Source of the DNA: Azolla caroliniana
Taxonomy: Eukaryota; Plantae; Polypodiophyta
Reading direction: 5' to 3'
NCBI GenBank assembly: GCA_043228905.1
Contig: JBHGNT010000007.1
Coordinates: 18,228,001 to 18,292,000 of the forward strand
Length of the DNA stretch: 64,000 nucleotides
Below are positions 38,991 to 53,377 of the stretch, in pieces (within the stretch, counting starts at the first letter, position 1; every line of letters starts with the position of its first letter). A program made the position numbers and the translations under genes. The notes under the pieces were generated by a model. That model did not search any database, was not told where the DNA came from, and saw nothing but the letters and a program-made list of their open reading frames with translations.

Positions 38991-41405
38991 GTGATACAGA
39001 CACATTTCAGATGGCCAGACTTTAAACACAGAATCACTCACCAGTGTTTGTGGATCGATGGATGGTTCAAACCCTCTTGGGTTTCTATAGAACTGCAAAA
39101 AAGAATAGACATAGTAACCCATGGAGGGAAGGCAAAGGAAAATTATGAAGAGCTTAGAAATGAAGAATTTACATTTGTGGCCTTACTCAAGACTTGTGCC
39201 AAGAAGAAGGATCTACATGAAGGCACTCGACTTCATGCCCTTATTCGGGAAAAGTGGCCTCTTGAAAAGAATTCTTATTTAGCAACAACTTTAATCAGTA
39301 TGTATGCTGTATGTGGTCTCATCGGAAAAGCACAAGAATTACATGATGAGCTACCCATAAAAAGCGTCGATTCTTGGAATGCATTGATTTCAGGATATTC
39401 CCGACAAGGGAAGGGTCGTTCAGCACTAGATTGTTTTGAACACATGGAAAGCAATGGATTCTCTCCCGATGAAGTAACTTTTATTTGTGTCTTAAAGGTA
39501 TGTGGCAGCATGAGATCAATCATAGAAGGCAAGAAAATTCACAATCGGATTGTTTCTAGAGGCTTGCTTGAGACTAATGTAAAGCTTGGCACTGCTTTGG
39601 TGGACATGTATGTAAAGTGTGGATTGCATATAAAAGCACAAGAAGTTCATGATCAGCTTTGTGTTCGAGATTCAGTGTCTTGGTCTGTGCTAATTACAGG
39701 GTACGCTCATTCGGGCCAAGGTCATGAAGCATTGTGTTGTTTTGAACATATGCAGCTTGAGGGTCTCTCCCCAGATGCTGTAACATTCACTTGCATCTTA
39801 AAAGTGTGTGGAAGTTTAGGGGCTATTCACATAGGCACACAGATTCATGATGCAATTGTGAGAGGGGGTTTGCTAGAGAAAGATATCATGCTCAGCACTG
39901 CGTTGGTGGATATGTATGCAAAGTGTGGATTGCTTATAAAAGCAAAACAAGTGCATGATGAACTTCGTGTTCGGAGTGTAGTCTCTTGGTCTGCTCTAAT
40001 TGCAGGGTATACACGACAACGACAAGGCCATGAAGCACTTCATTGTTTTGAACAAATGCAGAGAGAGGGCCACTCTCCAGATGCGATTACTTGGATTTCT
40101 GTATTGGCGGCATGTGGTAGTATAAGAGACTTAAAGATAGGCGAACAAATTCATGATGAGATTGCTAGTCGAGGTTTGTTAGAGAGAGATATTGATCTTG
40201 GCTCTGCTTTGGTGGATATGTATGTGCAGTGTAGTGTGCTTGCAAAAGCACAGCAAATTCATGATAAACTTCCCATTCGTAGTATCGCCTCGTGGAATAC
40301 ATTAATTGCAGGTTATGCTCAACATGGGCATATTCATGAAGCAGTTGACTGTTTTCAAAAGATGCAAGGTGAAGGCCACTCTCCCGATGCAATCACATTC
40401 ACTTGCATGGCAAAAGTCTATGGTAGCACAGGATCTATAGATAAGGGCAAAGAAATGCATGATGAAGTTATGAGTAGAGGTCTCCTAGGCAAGGATATTG
40501 AGCTTAACAATGCATTGGTAAACATGTATGCTAAATTTGGAATGCTCACTAAAGCAGAAGAATTGCACAATGAAATTTGTATCAAAAGTGTAGTCTCGTG
40601 GAATGTACTAATTGCAGGATATGCTCAACATGGGCGAAGTCATGAAGCACTGGCATGTTATGAAAAGATGCAAAGGGAAGGCATCACCTCAGATGAAGTT
40701 ACATTTACTTGCATTTTGAAGGTATGCGGCTCCATAGGAGCTATTGACAAGGGCAAACAAATTCATGATGAGATTGTTCATAGGGGTTTTATCGAAAAGA
40801 ATGTCATGCTTGGCACTACATTGGTGGATATGTACATGAAATGTCACATACTTGCAAAAGCACAAGAAGTACATGACCAACTTTGCGTTCGAGATGTGGT
40901 GTCTTGGTCGACATTAATTGCAGGACATGCCCAACTAGGACAAGGGCGAGAAGCATTAACTTGTTTTGCACAGATGCAGAGGGAGGGTGTGCCTGCAGAT
41001 GCCATCACCTTCCTCTCAATTCTAAATGCATGTAATCACACTGGGTTAATTGATGATGCCAATACATATTACAGCAATATGAGCACAAAACATGGAATCA
41101 CACCAGACTTGCAGCACCATATTTGCATGGTGTTGGTTTTTGGATGTGTAGGTCACTTTGACTTGGCAGTCTCGGTGATAAAGACCATGCCTCCTTCTAA
41201 GCATCCTCTGCTTTGGCTTGCATTATTAGGTGGTTGTAAAAGATCAGGAAATATCATGCTTGGGAGATTAGCTTTTGATCATGTAATACATCTAGATAAA
41301 AACTGTGCTGCAGGTTATGTCCTCATGGCTGATATTTATGCGGCTTCTGGCATGCAAGAAGATGCAAGCAAGATTAAAGCCATGGAGCTAAAAAATGCTC
41401 AGTGA
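38991..41405 (+). CDS. PLS-class PPR protein, E subclass (putative organellar RNA-editing specificity factor); true start uncertain
   Basis: Six P-type motifs in 102-aa P-L-S triplets (SWNALISGY / TFxCILKxCG / ALVDMYAKCG), then L2-S2-E1 (LWLALLGGC) and E2 (GYVLMADIYA). The listed start is a GTG, so an upstream exon is likely. Confidence 0.92.
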   Translation: MIQTHFRWPDFKHRITHQCLWIDGWFKPSWVSIELQKRIDIVTHGGKAKENYEELRNEEFTFVALLKTCAKKKDLHEGTRLHALIREKWPLEKNSYLATTLISMYAVCGLIGKAQELHDELPIKSVDSWNALISGYSRQGKGRSALDCFEHMESNGFSPDEVTFICVLKVCGSMRSIIEGKKIHNRIVSRGLLETNVKLGTALVDMYVKCGLHIKAQEVHDQLCVRDSVSWSVLITGYAHSGQGHEALCCFEHMQLEGLSPDAVTFTCILKVCGSLGAIHIGTQIHDAIVRGGLLEKDIMLSTALVDMYAKCGLLIKAKQVHDELRVRSVVSWSALIAGYTRQRQGHEALHCFEQMQREGHSPDAITWISVLAACGSIRDLKIGEQIHDEIASRGLLERDIDLGSALVDMYVQCSVLAKAQQIHDKLPIRSIASWNTLIAGYAQHGHIHEAVDCFQKMQGEGHSPDAITFTCMAKVYGSTGSIDKGKEMHDEVMSRGLLGKDIELNNALVNMYAKFGMLTKAEELHNEICIKSVVSWNVLIAGYAQHGRSHEALACYEKMQREGITSDEVTFTCILKVCGSIGAIDKGKQIHDEIVHRGFIEKNVMLGTTLVDMYMKCHILAKAQEVHDQLCVRDVVSWSTLIAGHAQLGQGREALTCFAQMQREGVPADAITFLSILNACNHTGLIDDANTYYSNMSTKHGITPDLQHHICMVLVFGCVGHFDLAVSVIKTMPPSKHPLLWLALLGGCKRSGNIMLGRLAFDHVIHLDKNCAAGYVLMADIYAASGMQEDASKIKAMELKNAQ

Positions 41406-42672
41406 TAATAAAAACGTATTTGGTTTAATTGAAGTGGATCTGAGGATGTTGATGGCATTTTTTTGTTAAGCATGCAAAACATTGTCAACGTATATTAAAT
41501 GAGAATCAAGAGCAAATATATTCACGAACAGCAAATTCAAAATGCAGAGAAATATTTTTTCCTTGACATAGTGATGGATACATTCTGCGTGGATTTGGTT
41601 ACATATGAGCATCAGAGCAAAGATTGTAGCATTTCATATGCATGCATGTGAAGGGCTGACTCCAAACAAAGGATAAGGTTTGGGAATAAAAAATCCTACA
41701 TTACAAATTATAATTACAACTAAATTGTATAAATACGATGTTCTGCATTGGTAAATATATTCTTTTATAACCATGGGGTTGCAGATTCTAATCCAGACCA
41801 ACAATTCCAATGTTATGTTAACTGTAAAAAACATTTGTATATTTATTAATTATTTCAAACAATTATCTTGTACTTACATGCTGGAACTGGCTTTACAAAG
41901 GCATTTTACACCACCCTACTGTTGAAATGATAGCATTGGTCCTGTCATCTTTTGATACTTCATCCATGCTAGATTTTTTCTTTCTCTATATTAATGCCTA
42001 TTGTTAGTCGAGTGTTAATTTTATTAGATTATTGTGTCCCTTTGTTTCGATGCAAATAGTAGATTTTGTGGTATCCTGATTCCAACTCAATCGTTTAGAA
42101 AGAAAGAGTTGGTTTGATCAACTCCCAATGTGTAAGCATAAATCCATCAGATTGATAGCCGCAAAATATGCATTGCGAACCATATTGCACCGACTTGCAG
42201 CATCATGATAGGTCCACAATCTCAAATTCCTTCGAATGTTGTGAATGATAAAAATATCATGGCATCATTCAACATAAACAAATAATCGACTTTAATTTGA
42301 CTTAGGAGGTATGATCAATCATGAAAAATCATAAGTGGGGATAAAAGATGTCCTTATAAGGATTGATGATCACAATCATGATATATCAGGATCAACAAGG
42401 ACGTCTAAGAACATTGATACCACACTAAGTTTCACTTGAGATACATCCTTCTTAACACAATTCGATAAGATATCACAAAAACTAATGAGCCATCCCAACA
42501 TTGACTTGGGATATATCCTTCGTCACACAATGAAAAGCAATATCTTTTCTTTTTGAGAGCCCAAGAAATATTGAAACATAAAATGGATATTGACATCAGC
42601 TCACCATCTGTAAGTTGAGGATAGTTCTTATCCCCTCCAAAAAAATGGATCAATAATTTTGTCTCTATCAAT

Positions 42673-43291
42673 TGAGAAACTATTTACATTGTTCTTCAGG
42701 GAAATGGTTTCTGATCATGATTTTGATCTTTTGTACATCCTCTTGAGGGTCAGCACTCGCATTGATGTCATCCACAACGACGTTCGCTGTAGGACAGCCA
42801 TCATCTAGTTGTATAACATGATCAAACAGAAATCCCACAACCTTCACATTTCTTCATTTCCTATGAGCAGCCAAAAGAGCGTGCAAACACTAGAGTCATC
42901 AGAACATGACATTGTATGAATCACCATTACCATGCACATATGATGCTCTAAGTTCGGTCTGAGTGACTAACAGCCCTGAGTGACTAAATACACTCAAACA
43001 CACAGAAAAGTGATCACATCAGGAGAGAGACTCTCTTCTTGCATTCTTCTAAAACAGTTTACTGCTTTGTGACCTTGGTCCTTGTCCTCGTGAATATCCA
43101 GACCAAGGCCTGATATTTCTTATAGGAAGCTCTTCAAACACTTGTTTTGATTTAGATAGCACACCGCATTTGGCATACATATCCACCAAAGCAATGCCAA
43201 GTATGATATCTTTCTCCAACAAACCCTGGTGATAATATCAACATGGGTTTCTTTGCCTTTGTTGATAGCTCTAACATAAGCCTTCAAGATG
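42673..43291 (-). pseudogene. Decayed tandem copy of the 3' ~720 bp of the adjacent PPR gene
   Basis: Colinear with 43292-44011, with substitutions and several deletions. Confidence 0.88.
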
Positions 43292-45580
43292 TATTGAGAA
43301 ACTATTTACATTGTTTTTCAGGGCAATGATTTCTGATCTCATGGCTTCGATCTTTTGTACATCCTCTTGAAGGCCAGAACTTGCATAGATGTCAGCCATA
43401 AAGACATACGCTGTAGGACAGCCATCATCTAGTTGTATCACATGATCAAACGCAAATCTCCCAACCTTCACATTTCCCCATTTCCTACAAGCAGCCAAAA
43501 GAGCAAGCCAAACACTAGAGTAATCAGAACATGGCATTGTATGAATCACTGATATTGCCTTCTCAAATAGTCCTGCATATCCAAACACCACCACCATGCA
43601 CGTATGATGCTCTAAGTTCGGTCTGATACTATATCTTTCGCTCATCCTTCCAAAATATATTTGTGCTTCGTCTAACAGCCCTGAGTGACTACATGCATTC
43701 AAAACACATAAAAAAGTGATTGCATCAGGAGAGATACCCTCATCTTGCATCCTTCTAAAACAGTTTAGTGCTTCGTGACCTTGTCCTTGTTGTGCATATC
43801 CAGATATCAATGCAGACCAAGACCCTATGTTTCTAATAGGAAGCTCTTCAAACACTTGTTTTGATTTAGGGAGCACACCACATTTGGCATACATATCCAC
43901 CAAAGCAGTGCCAAGTACAGTATCTTTCTCCAACAAACCCCTGGTGATAATATCAACATGGATTTCTTTGCCTTTGTTGATAGCTCCTATGCTAGCACAA
44001 GCCTTCAAGATGGAAATGAAAGTGATCTCATCTGGAGAGAGACCCTCGCTTTGCATACGTTTAACGCATTTTAGTGCTTCATGGCCTTGCCCTTGTTGGG
44101 CATAACCAGAAATTAGTGCGGACCAAGAAACTACATTACGAATATAAAGCTCTTCAAGAGCTTGTTGTGATTCAATAAGCACACCACATTTGGCATACAT
44201 ATCCACCAAAGCATTTCCAAGCGTAATATTAATGGCCGACAATCCCCTTCTTACAATCTCATCATGAATCTGTTTGCCCTTTTCAATGGCCCCTATGTCA
44301 CCACAAGCCTTCAAGATGCAAGAGAACGTGACCACGTTAGCAGAAAGGCCCTCATGTTGAATTTGATCAAAGCAGTTAAGTGCTTCATGAATTTTTCCAT
44401 GCTCCACATAACCAGAAATTAGTGCTGACCAAGAGACTATGTTTCGGACATGAAGCTCATCATGCACCTCTTGTGCTTTTGCAAGCATGCCACATTTACC
44501 ATACATATCCACCAAGGCACTTCCAAGTACCATATCTCTTCTCAACAAATCCCTTCTCACAATCTCATCGTGAATTTCCTTACCCTTATCAATAGCTCCA
44601 ATACTTCCACAAGCTTTTACAATGCACGTGAAGGTGATTGCATTTGGAGAGATACCTTCACTTTGCATTCGTTCAAAACAATATAATGCTTCATTTCCTT
44701 GTCCATGTTCAGTATATCCCGAAATTATCGACGACCATGTGATAGCATTACGGATGGGGAGTTCTTCGAGCACTTGCAAGGCTTTCACAAGCACACCACA
44801 TTTGGCATACATATTGACCAAAGCATTGCCAAGCACGGCATTCCTCTCAAGGAATCCTTTCCTAACAATCACATCATGAATCCCTTTGCCTTTGTCTATA
44901 CTTTTCGTGTCGCCACAAGCCTTCAAGATGCATGTAAAGGTGACCACATCTGGGGAAACATCCTCACTTTGCATTCTCTCGAAACAAGCCAAGGCTTCAT
45001 GACCATGCCCATGTTGTGCATACCCGGCAATTAGTGCGTTCCAAGAGGCTACACTTTGATGACAAAGTTCATCATGCACTTGCTCTGCTTTGCAAAGCAT
45101 ACCACATTTAGCATACATATCCACCAATGCATTACCAAGCACCACATTTTTCTCTAAAAGACCAATATTAGCAATTTCACGATGAATCGCTTTGCCTCTT
45201 TCAAGAGCTCCAATTCGACTGCATGCATTCAATATACAAGTGAACGTGATGGAATCTGGGGGGAGACCTTCCTTTTGCATCTTTTCATAACATTTTAGAG
45301 ATTCAAGACCTTGACCTTGCTGGGCATATCCCGAGATGAGGGCATTCCAAGAGACTAAGGTTCGAACCCGAAGCTCGTCATGCACTTGTTGAGCTTTCGA
45401 AAGGACGCCACATTTGGCATACATACTAATTAAGGAGCTTCCAAGATAAGGGTTTCTTTCAAGAAAGCCTCTTCTGAGGATCTCTGAATGTAGCCAACTA
45501 CCTCTATGTATGTCTTTCTTCTTTGCACAAGCTTTGAGTAAGGACAAGAAAGTGTGGTCTTCTTCATGAAATTGTGACAT
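43271..45580 (-). CDS. PLS-class PPR protein, E subclass
   Basis: 769-aa ORF with six P-type motifs in PLS triplets, E1 (VWLALLAACRKWG) and E2 (AYVFMADIYA). No in-frame E+ or DYW. Confidence 0.95.
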   Translation of the reverse strand: MSQFHEEDHTFLSLLKACAKKKDIHRGSWLHSEILRRGFLERNPYLGSSLISMYAKCGVLSKAQQVHDELRVRTLVSWNALISGYAQQGQGLESLKCYEKMQKEGLPPDSITFTCILNACSRIGALERGKAIHREIANIGLLEKNVVLGNALVDMYAKCGMLCKAEQVHDELCHQSVASWNALIAGYAQHGHGHEALACFERMQSEDVSPDVVTFTCILKACGDTKSIDKGKGIHDVIVRKGFLERNAVLGNALVNMYAKCGVLVKALQVLEELPIRNAITWSSIISGYTEHGQGNEALYCFERMQSEGISPNAITFTCIVKACGSIGAIDKGKEIHDEIVRRDLLRRDMVLGSALVDMYGKCGMLAKAQEVHDELHVRNIVSWSALISGYVEHGKIHEALNCFDQIQHEGLSANVVTFSCILKACGDIGAIEKGKQIHDEIVRRGLSAINITLGNALVDMYAKCGVLIESQQALEELYIRNVVSWSALISGYAQQGQGHEALKCVKRMQSEGLSPDEITFISILKACASIGAINKGKEIHVDIITRGLLEKDTVLGTALVDMYAKCGVLPKSKQVFEELPIRNIGSWSALISGYAQQGQGHEALNCFRRMQDEGISPDAITFLCVLNACSHSGLLDEAQIYFGRMSERYSIRPNLEHHTCMVVVFGYAGLFEKAISVIHTMPCSDYSSVWLALLAACRKWGNVKVGRFAFDHVIQLDDGCPTAYVFMADIYASSGLQEDVQKIEAMRSEIIALKNNVNSFSIHLEGLC

Positions 45581-45766
45581 TTTTGCATCAAAAAACCTCT
45601 GTTTCTCATCATATCTTAAAAAGGTGACGATCTATGCATATAGTACCATGATTTTCTTCTCTCTTAGAGGCGTAAGTATTTGTTTATTTATGTATTTACT
45701 CAAATTTGTCTTGTTCTTCTTCACCTATTCTTTATACATAGTACATACATACTGCCTGCACCTAAC

Positions 45767-46232
45767 CATCGGCAATGAACCGAACCGAAACCGTGGGTTA
45801 ACGGTTTAATTCAGGTTTTTGTAAACGCTTCGGTTTGGGGGGTTTACCGGTTCGGTTCGGTTCGGTCCGAGCCTTTATCGGTTTCCAGTTTAAATGTTTG
45901 AAACCACGGTTCAAATGGTTTCAATGGTTTTTTTTTAATTGAAATTTTTAAATTTTTAAATTTTCTAAATTAAAATGTGAAATTTTGAGTTTTGTGAAAA
46001 CCAAAACCGAACCGTGAAACCGTGGTTTTAACGGTTTAAAGGTTTGAAAGTCTCTAAAACCGTTTGGTTTGAGCTTGAATTTTTTGTAATGGTTCAATTA
46101 AACTATTTTGGTTTACACAGTTTCGTGGTTCAATTCCGTTCGGTTTAAGTTTCAATTTTTTTAAATGGTTCGGTTTTAAACGGTCTAAGTTTGACACTCT
46201 CGAACCGAACCAAACCGAACCATTGTCAATTG
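45767..46232. mobile_element. MITE-like element with AACCG/CGGTT repeats, upstream of the PPR gene
   Basis: Dense aaccgaacc/ggttcggtt motifs in both orientations, with imperfect ends ggcaatg...cattgtc. TSD not resolved, so the boundaries are approximate. Confidence 0.55.
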
Positions 46233-46250
46233 TTATCTACACCATACTCT

Positions 46251-46412
46251 AGTGATGGGACCAAGTTTTCAAGACACAAACATATACCGCCCCGAGTGAT
46301 GGGCAGGGTTTTCCGAAGCATAAACGTGTATCGTCCGAAGTGATGGGCGGGGTTTCCAAAGCACAAACATGTTTCGCCCAAGTGAATGGCAATGTTTCTG
46401 AAACTCAAACAT
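46251..46412. repeat. ~43-bp degenerate tandem repeat x4
   Basis: agtgatggg...tttcc.aagcacaaacat...cgccc recurs. Confidence 0.7.
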
Positions 46413-48028
46413 AATAATCATCGGAAGGTCCGACCCAAGCTAGCCCCTTCTCATGAGTTTTTCCTTCCTATACTACACTCCAATTTTCGTGAAATCTCTA
46501 ACACTTGAATATCCTAGGAAAACAACGTTTATCATACCCCCATCATCAATCCCATCCCTTGCAGTTTTGTGTGATATATCTCAACACTTTTTGTACCGCA
46601 CTTTTGAGATCTTGATGGAACTCTTATATGAAAGGAACTTATTAAGATAAATTGCACCCACTGGTAAGTTTCTTTTTTCATTAAGGGGAACATGTAAAGA
46701 AAACCTTGTGTCTTCAATTTCAAAACTACCGATCTCCTTATCATGGCTCTATATCAACAATTACGTTTGTCAAACTCGGGGAGCATTTATTGGCCAAGCA
46801 ACACCAATAGAAATCACTCGAAGTATTGCCACTTTATTCATCAAACTTGCAGGTTTCTTACTTATTATTAGGATCGCTCATCACACAATGCACACAATAA
46901 ACTTCCCCTTATACAAACCACCCTATGCCAAACCTATTGGATAGTAAACATTTGAGGCCACTTGACTCTATGGCACATATATAACAACCCCAAGCACAAT
47001 CTCAAATTCAAGAGGAAGTAAGGACAACAAGATGGTTGCTAACTGTTTATTTGTCATGTCTTATTTTTCTCTCATTATTGTTTCTTTCTACGGTTTGAGG
47101 TCACACAAAATTCATATTTCTAGTCAATATTCATGGCATGACGATCTCTATAAAATCCCCATTTCTAATTAGTTACTGAAGGTTTATTCATTTCTACATC
47201 TCCGAGCAAATTGTTGTTTACTTTGATTACTCAATAGATTGACATAAAAGAGAAGATTATGTCAATCGCCCATGCATGATGTACATTTGGAATACATGTA
47301 GGACCATATCAACACATCTAAATTACAAATCAATAACTCATAAAAGTCATGACATTATAACTCATGGATGGAATCAATGTGATGATCGATGGATGGAAAC
47401 AATGATGATCTTTTAATTAATTATGGAAGCAAATTTTTATTACAAACTCATTGCATCACACTCAATATCACAAGTTGGTAAGAAGCCACCAAAAAAGTTT
47501 GTCAATACCTATGAAAAGGTTGTTCATATTAGAAGATTAAAGCATTACATTCTACAATAGTCTTTTGATGAGGTTGAACCTTGATGGATGCAATTTTAAG
47601 CATTGCAATAGCCTTCCGAAAATATCACTTATTTCACTGCAAAATCAAGTTGGCAACTAAAAGTAAATTCACCAACAAAAAATCTAGGAGGATATATTGT
47701 GAAATGCACATAAGAGATCAAAACCAGTCTACTTAGCTTCTTACTTCTTAATCAATTTATGGTTGATACAACGGAACCCATTTGGGTTGGCTTGGCTAAA
47801 AAGGGTGTGCACGCATCCTAAAAAGGGTGTGCTAAAAGGGTGGGTCAACTTGGGTACATGCATCCTAAAAAGGGTGAGCTAAAAGGGTGGCACAAAGGAA
47901 CACATGCACACCACAATATTAACATCCAAGCAATTGGCAACATGATTTAGGGGGGGAACACTTATGTCTCCCACATAACCATGGCTAAGATGTTGGTAAA
48001 ACTCCAATAGATACTAAGGCAATGGATG

Positions 48029-48560
48029 TTTACCCACTAAGAGGAAAAGAAAGTGAAGCACCAAATAGCACAAGTTAGATTCCCTCATCTCTACAATTTC
48101 AATCACAAACTTATGCTTTTAAGGCTTACATAAAGCAATAGATAAAAACATTCACTTGCAACTAGAACCATTGGAAGTAATGCCATATGAATCTAAAGAT
48201 TGTATGTCATTTTGGCATCATATAATGTATTCCCTTGCATCACAAATCAAGTCCCTAAAAATAAACTCACTTTGTAATCTTAAAGTATATCATTGTCCAA
48301 GGATGTATGCATTTCTTCTAGTTATAACATGGATTACCCACTAGGAGGAGAAGAAAGTGAAGTACCGAATAGCACAAGCTAGAATCCCTCATCTCTACTA
48401 TTTCAATCACAGAATGATGCTTTTCAGGCTTATATAAACCCTAAAGCAATAGATAAACATTCATTTGCAAATAGGAACCACTAGAAGTAGTGCCTCATGA
48501 TGGAGCTAAAGATTGCATGCAATTTTGGCATCATATAATATATTCACTTGCATCACAAAC
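48029..48560. repeat. Diverged direct duplication, offset ~305 bp
   Basis: ttacccacta.gagga.aagaaagtgaag..cc.aatagcacaag...ttgcatcacaa at ~48029 and ~48334. Confidence 0.75.
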
Positions 48561-48775
48561 CATGTCACTATGTATATACACATTTCTGCTAGCTATAATA
48601 TGTATTAACTCTCGTTAATGCTAGAAAGTTATTCAAATAGAAAGATCAACGATGGTGGAAATGCATCATGTGACAGTTTTACTAGACAATTCATTCGATT
48701 TATTATCTGATAAATAATCTTACTTTTCATGATATAATGGTTTAAACATTTGCCTTGATGATGTATATCCCCATT

Positions 48776-48953
48776 TCATTACCCAACCGATAATAGTAAT
48801 AATTCAAGTTCTTTCGTAAGTGTAATGGTTCAAGACAGTCTTCTTCGATTCTTTCTTCCGAATAGTCATTACCCAACCAATAATAGTAATGATTCAACTT
48901 CTTTCGTAAGTGTAATGGTTCAACAAAGTCTTCTTATTCTTTCTTCCGAATAG
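48776..48953. repeat. ~90-bp tandem duplication
   Basis: tcattacccaacc.ataatagtaat...ttcttccgaatag occurs twice. Confidence 0.8.
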
Positions 48954-49330
48954 AAACTAAAGTTCCTTCAACACTGAAGTTTTCAATCTTCTCAAGTCTT
49001 TGTTTTTGTCAAGGGCTCTAATGAGCCGAAGCACAAATATTCACATCTATTTTGATTTCCAAAGTTTCGTAATACATTGCAACAAATACAATCATTTACA
49101 ATTCAAGCTCCATAAAAAAGAAGGATCATCCATCGCAGCTGTAAAAGCACAGAGTGATTTAGATATTATTATGCTTACAAACCATCAAATTAAATCTAAA
49201 TCTATACGTATGAGTGTAATAGGCACACCTACATAAAAAAAGAAGTATGTATTAGAACTTGGAACCCTGAAAGAAGATATCCACCTGAAACAACTCTTTG
49301 ATGTTAAACCATAACATTTTTACACTCTCC

Positions 49331-52341
<3,011 letters not shown>

Positions 52342-52378
<37 letters not shown>
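52342..52378. repeat. (CT)n/(GA)n microsatellite directly upstream of the DHAR ATG
   Basis: Directly visible. Confidence 0.9.
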
Positions 52379-52383
<5 letters not shown>

Positions 52384-52448
52384 TCTGTCTCTCTGTTTCT
52401 GGAATGTTCCTCAGCTCTACACTCTCATTCCATCCATATATTCAGCAG

Positions 52449-52460
52449 TGCCACGTGGCA
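52449..52460. promoter_or_regulatory. Perfect palindromic G-box TGCCACGTGGCA in the DHAR promoter
   Basis: 12-bp palindrome ~110 bp upstream of the ATG. It is a known bZIP/bHLH light/ABA element; function here is inferred. Confidence 0.6.
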
Positions 52461-53163
52461 GCATATGGTCGATGGGTCGGTGGGGCGGGCGGACGGTCGA
52501 TCGATCGATCGGTTAGTCGGGTAGAAAGACGGCCGATCGATTGGTCATTCAGTCAAACAGACGGTCCATCGACCAGGCAACCGGGTGGATTGTCGTTTGG
52601 TCGGGCAGACGGACACATCAATCGATCTGTTAATTGGATAGACGAATGGTCAATCGATCGGTCAACCGGCCAGGCGTACAGACGAGAGAATGGAGGTCGT
52701 CACTGCACGCATCAAGAACCAAAAACACGCGCAAACAAAAAAAAACTAGCGAGAAGTATCGATCGAGCGGATTGCCTATCAATAGGTCGGACAGGAGGCC
52801 GGTCAATCAATCGGTTGGCCAACCAGTCAGAGGTGGCCGATCAGGCAAAGTTGAGGAGGAGGAGGACATCAACACTCGAGACACTGTCACATGCAAAAAA
52901 GCTAGCGACAAATATCGACATGCTCATCGACTTTAACTTTTATCATTGATTTGCAATTTCCTCGCACATATATCTATATATATACATATACGGGCCAACC
53001 CCCTACGATAAAAAACACATATACATTACCAATGTCACAATCTGTGTGTGTCCATCTGATGCTTCTCCTCCGCATACATTGAACTTGGACTAGTTATTGT
53101 GTGTCCATCCGATGCTTGTCCCCCGCATACATCGAACTTGGACTAGTTCTTTGTTGTCCTTAG

Positions 53164-53377
53164 CATAGTATGTGCATTCTCATTCGCGTAAGAAAAACAC
53201 GCTTCAAAGAATGATAAATACCATACTTTTGGATTAACTGTTTATTATGAGGTAAATAAGCCTAAAAAATGAGGGGGGGGTGGGGGAACACAAGAATGTT
53301 TGAATAACATTCGCATTCGTTTTCCAACGTAGGAAAACGAATGTTATGCCAGACGAACACGAATTTTATGTACTATG
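53164..53377. mobile_element. Second, diverged copy of the CATAGTA-TIR MITE
   Basis: CATAGTATG...TACTATG ends. Internal blocks gcgtaagaaaaacac, ataccatacttttg, acacaagaatgttt and cgaacacgaat are shared with 6688-6951. TSD imperfect (tccttag on both sides, offset). Confidence 0.75.
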
